Both the position numbers and the translations under genes were made by a program. Source: Pelagomonas calceolata (Eukaryota). Taken from it: a stretch of DNA of 64,000 nucleotides. Shown here one piece after another: positions 61,711 to 64,000 of the stretch. Every line of letters begins with the position of its first letter. Position 1 is the first letter of the stretch. Location of the stretch: assembly GCA_918797485.1 (NCBI GenBank), contig CAKKNE010000002.1, positions 3,162,001 through 3,226,000 on the forward strand, given 5' to 3'. Below the pieces are notes generated by a model that was given only the letters and a program-made list of their open reading frames with translations, was not told the DNA's origin and did not search any database.

Positions 61711-63129
61711 TCACCCGCGCGGCATCTCCGAGTAGTCGTCGACGACGAAGGAGCCGCTCGTCGCTCGCGTCGTCGGCGCGGCCTCCTCCATGAGCGGCTC
61801 CTCCAGGGAGTCCTCCGTCGGCGCGCGCCGCCGCGGCACCAAACCCGCGGTGTGCGGGTCGACGCGGCCTACCAACGCCAGCCAGACCAATGCCGCGATT
61901 AATTGTGTTGCGGCAGTCACGACAAACGTCAGGGCGTACCCTCCTCGATCGACCAAATAGCCGCCGAGCACGGCGCTCCCCGACCAGCCGAACCGTGTGA
62001 CCCCGTCGAGCGCGTTCCAGCGGCCTCGACTCGCGTGAGGCACGTGGTCGTTGAGCGCCGCCTTTTTTAATGGGCGACAGGCGTGCTGCGCGCAAGTGAG
62101 CAAATATAAGAGAACTGCACCGGCGCGCTTGATGGTTGACGTCAACGCGGGCCGCCCGGGGCGCAGGACGTTTAGACGCCCTGCGTCGGCCCAAGCCAGA
62201 CCTATCAGTGCAATCGCGGCCAGGACCATGCAGACGGCGCAGACGCGAGCTTTCCCGGCGGACTGGCTCCACCGCTCGCAGACCCGCGACCCGCAGATCA
62301 TAACTAAAGCGGCGCCGATGGACAACGCGTTCGCCGCGACGGGCGAGAAGGCCGCCCGGTTCTTGAAGAAGAGCGGAATAAACTTCACCGTCATGCCCGA
62401 CCCGAAGCCTGATATTAGATCCGCCACCAGTATCAGCCGCGCGATGCCCTCGTCGCCCTCCTTGTCTGCCTCCTCGTCGTCGCACGCATCCGCGCCCACG
62501 TCTCGCAACCCCAGTAAGAGGAGCGCCGGCGGCGCGCACAGCGCCAGACCGACGACTGCCACTGTTTTCAGCGCGGCGAGGGACCAGTCGTCCCCAATGC
62601 ATAGGAAGAGCACCAGCGCCAGCGCCGGGCCCGCCGTCGTCGCCAAAAGGGTCAGCATGAATTTTTGTGATGTCGCCTCGGCGCGTTGCGCGCCGCGCGT
62701 CGTCGAGTCCGCGAAGAGCGTCTCGAGGGCCGTGCTCCACACTCCTTGATACGCGCCGAACGCCGCAAGGCCGACCGTGACGTAGTCGAAGCGCGCCCGG
62801 GCGGAGACGTCGCTTACGGCAATGGCCAGGATCAGTCCTAACGAGGCCACCACGCCCGTGACGCAGGCGACGCGGCAGACGGTCCGCCGCCGGAACCGGT
62901 CGGCCGCCCAGCCCGCGAGCAGGCCGCAGGCGCACTGCGCGATGCCCTGGGCGCCCTCGGCGAGGCCCACCCGCGCGTTCGACCCGCCCGTGAGCACGTA
63001 GAGGTAGCCGCTCAGCACGGCGTAGGACCAGACTCCTCGTGCCGCGCCGGCCGCCAGCGTGAAGGCGTAGGCGAGGCTGAGGTTTCTTGCTTTTGTCTTG
63101 TCGATTGTTGGTGTGGGTGGAGCGCACAT
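61711..63129 (-). CDS. Major facilitator superfamily transporter
   Basis: GWAADRFRRR (MFS motif A), about 12 hydrophobic segments, GGYLVDRGGY; ATG at 63129. Confidence 0.88.
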   Translation of the reverse strand: MCAPPTPTIDKTKARNLSLAYAFTLAAGAARGVWSYAVLSGYLYVLTGGSNARVGLAEGAQGIAQCACGLLAGWAADRFRRRTVCRVACVTGVVASLGLILAIAVSDVSARARFDYVTVGLAAFGAYQGVWSTALETLFADSTTRGAQRAEATSQKFMLTLLATTAGPALALVLFLCIGDDWSLAALKTVAVVGLALCAPPALLLLGLRDVGADACDDEEADKEGDEGIARLILVADLISGFGSGMTVKFIPLFFKNRAAFSPVAANALSIGAALVMICGSRVCERWSQSAGKARVCAVCMVLAAIALIGLAWADAGRLNVLRPGRPALTSTIKRAGAVLLYLLTCAQHACRPLKKAALNDHVPHASRGRWNALDGVTRFGWSGSAVLGGYLVDRGGYALTFVVTAATQLIAALVWLALVGRVDPHTAGLVPRRRAPTEDSLEEPLMEEAAPTTRATSGSFVVDDYSEMPRG

Positions 63130-63325
63130 TCTATCAGAGCTTGTGCGCCGCCCGGCGGCCCGCTGGTTGCACAGGGCTCCCGCTTCAGAGAGGCTCTCTG
63201 GTACTACCCTAGTCGAAGTCGTGCGGCAAGCGCACTGGGTCCAGAGCTTCTCGCAACTTGCGAGTTTCCCAAATTTCACGTGTAAGCTGCGGTGTAGGAG
63301 CTGCCAGCTCGTGCAGCAGCCGCTT

Positions 63326-63349
63326 CCTAGTGTCTTACAGACCGCTAGC
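63326..63349 (-). promoter_or_regulatory. Upstream CTAG-box motif
   Basis: Reverse complement is GCTAGCGGTCTGTAAGACACTAGG; lies between divergent genes. Confidence 0.7.
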
Positions 63350-63415
63350 TCCTGGCGCGGCGGACGCGAAGCACGCTGTTTTCGAGCCTCTGCGCAAGCG
63401 TGGCGCTGCATTTCC

Positions 63416-63959
63416 ATGGCTGCGAGTGATCTTGGTCCAAAGGCGTTGAATGTCGCAGCGCTCAATGACTTGTGCCATCTGTGCCCAACCTGGACCCAGG
63501 CTGGCTGTGCGCTAAACGCGGTCAGCCGCGAGGTATCAAAGCTCGCAGCAAACGTGCGACGCCGGCGGCGGCGGAAACTGCTCGCGCTGCGCAATGAGAT
63601 CCGCCGGCACACTTTCGTGACGCTCCGGACCGTCAAAGGCGAGTGCAGCTGTTGGTGGAAAATCCACGGCGTGCGGGACGAAACCGTCGCGGTCTGCGCA
63701 GAAATTATTCATGTCAAGTCGCATTTTCGCGCGTGAGTTAAGATTTCACCCGTTCGGTGCAACGCAGGTCGTTCTCGAGCGCCTCGAGATGCGTCATGAC
63801 AAGAACCGCTTCTGCGTCATCATGGTGCCTCTCGACGAGTGGGAGGCGAAGTTCGAAGAGTGGAACGACGACGAAGACCATAGAGTGTCCCTCTGCCAGG
63901 AATGCTGGTACGACGGCTTTATGATGTACCCTCACGTTTTCGGCCATGAGTCGGATTAG
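63416..63959 (+). CDS. Hypothetical protein, probably spliced (GC-AG intron 63731-63767)
   Basis: ATG 63416 lies downstream of a motif copy; cgc|gcgtgagt...acgcag|gtc joins to VVLERLEM...HESD*. Confidence 0.45.
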
Positions 63960-63981
63960 TTGGCCATGAGTCGGATTAGTT
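63942..63981. repeat. Perfect 20-bp tandem duplication
   Basis: GGCCATGAGTCGGATTAGTT twice, spanning the stop codon. Confidence 0.9.
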
Positions 63982-64000
63982 GGCTTGGCGCTATGTACTA

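Noticed and set aside
4292..63349. The 24-bp motif as CRISPR repeats or transposon TIRs
   Set aside because: Copies are solitary, kilobases apart, in mixed orientation, with no spacer array, no cas genes and no flanking duplications.
16..63947. Hundreds of overlapping Arg/Pro/Ala-rich ORFs in the track
   Set aside because: Expected from stop-codon scarcity at high GC; they overlap better-supported genes.
1..64000. tRNA or rRNA genes
   Set aside because: No cloverleaf or rRNA-like conserved segment was recognised by eye; a tRNAscan/Infernal run would be needed to exclude them.

Overview
GC-rich, very gene-dense eukaryotic nuclear DNA. Bipartite plastid-targeting leaders, a signal-peptide Cdc48 and short GT/GC-AG introns suggest a stramenopile picoalga, probably a pelagophyte such as Pelagomonas or Aureococcus (inference). 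About 30 protein genes are readable, including: HDAC, Tudor+PARP-zinc-finger protein, ubiquitin-like protein, truncated NCS2 permease, bL36, a 5,000-aa divergent dynein heavy chain, VPS53, NCA2-like, RsmB, plastid RRF, Cdc48, kinesin-6, GNAT, GRIP golgin, LRR protein, parvulin, subtilisin, WHEP-AspRS, HAD-ankyrin and MFS. The strongest unexplained signal is a 24-bp motif, GCTAGCGGNNTGTAAGACACTAGC. It has 12 clear copies, each in an intergenic gap upstream of a gene (8 of them in divergent promoters), and I saw none in convergent gaps or coding sequence. The window also holds two non-autonomous TIR elements with target-site duplications (7962-9198 and 40125-40590), a GC-AG intron built as TSD plus TIR element (introner-like), and several short introns sharing a 17-18 nt motif. 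All calls come from reading the sequence by eye; no database searches were run.
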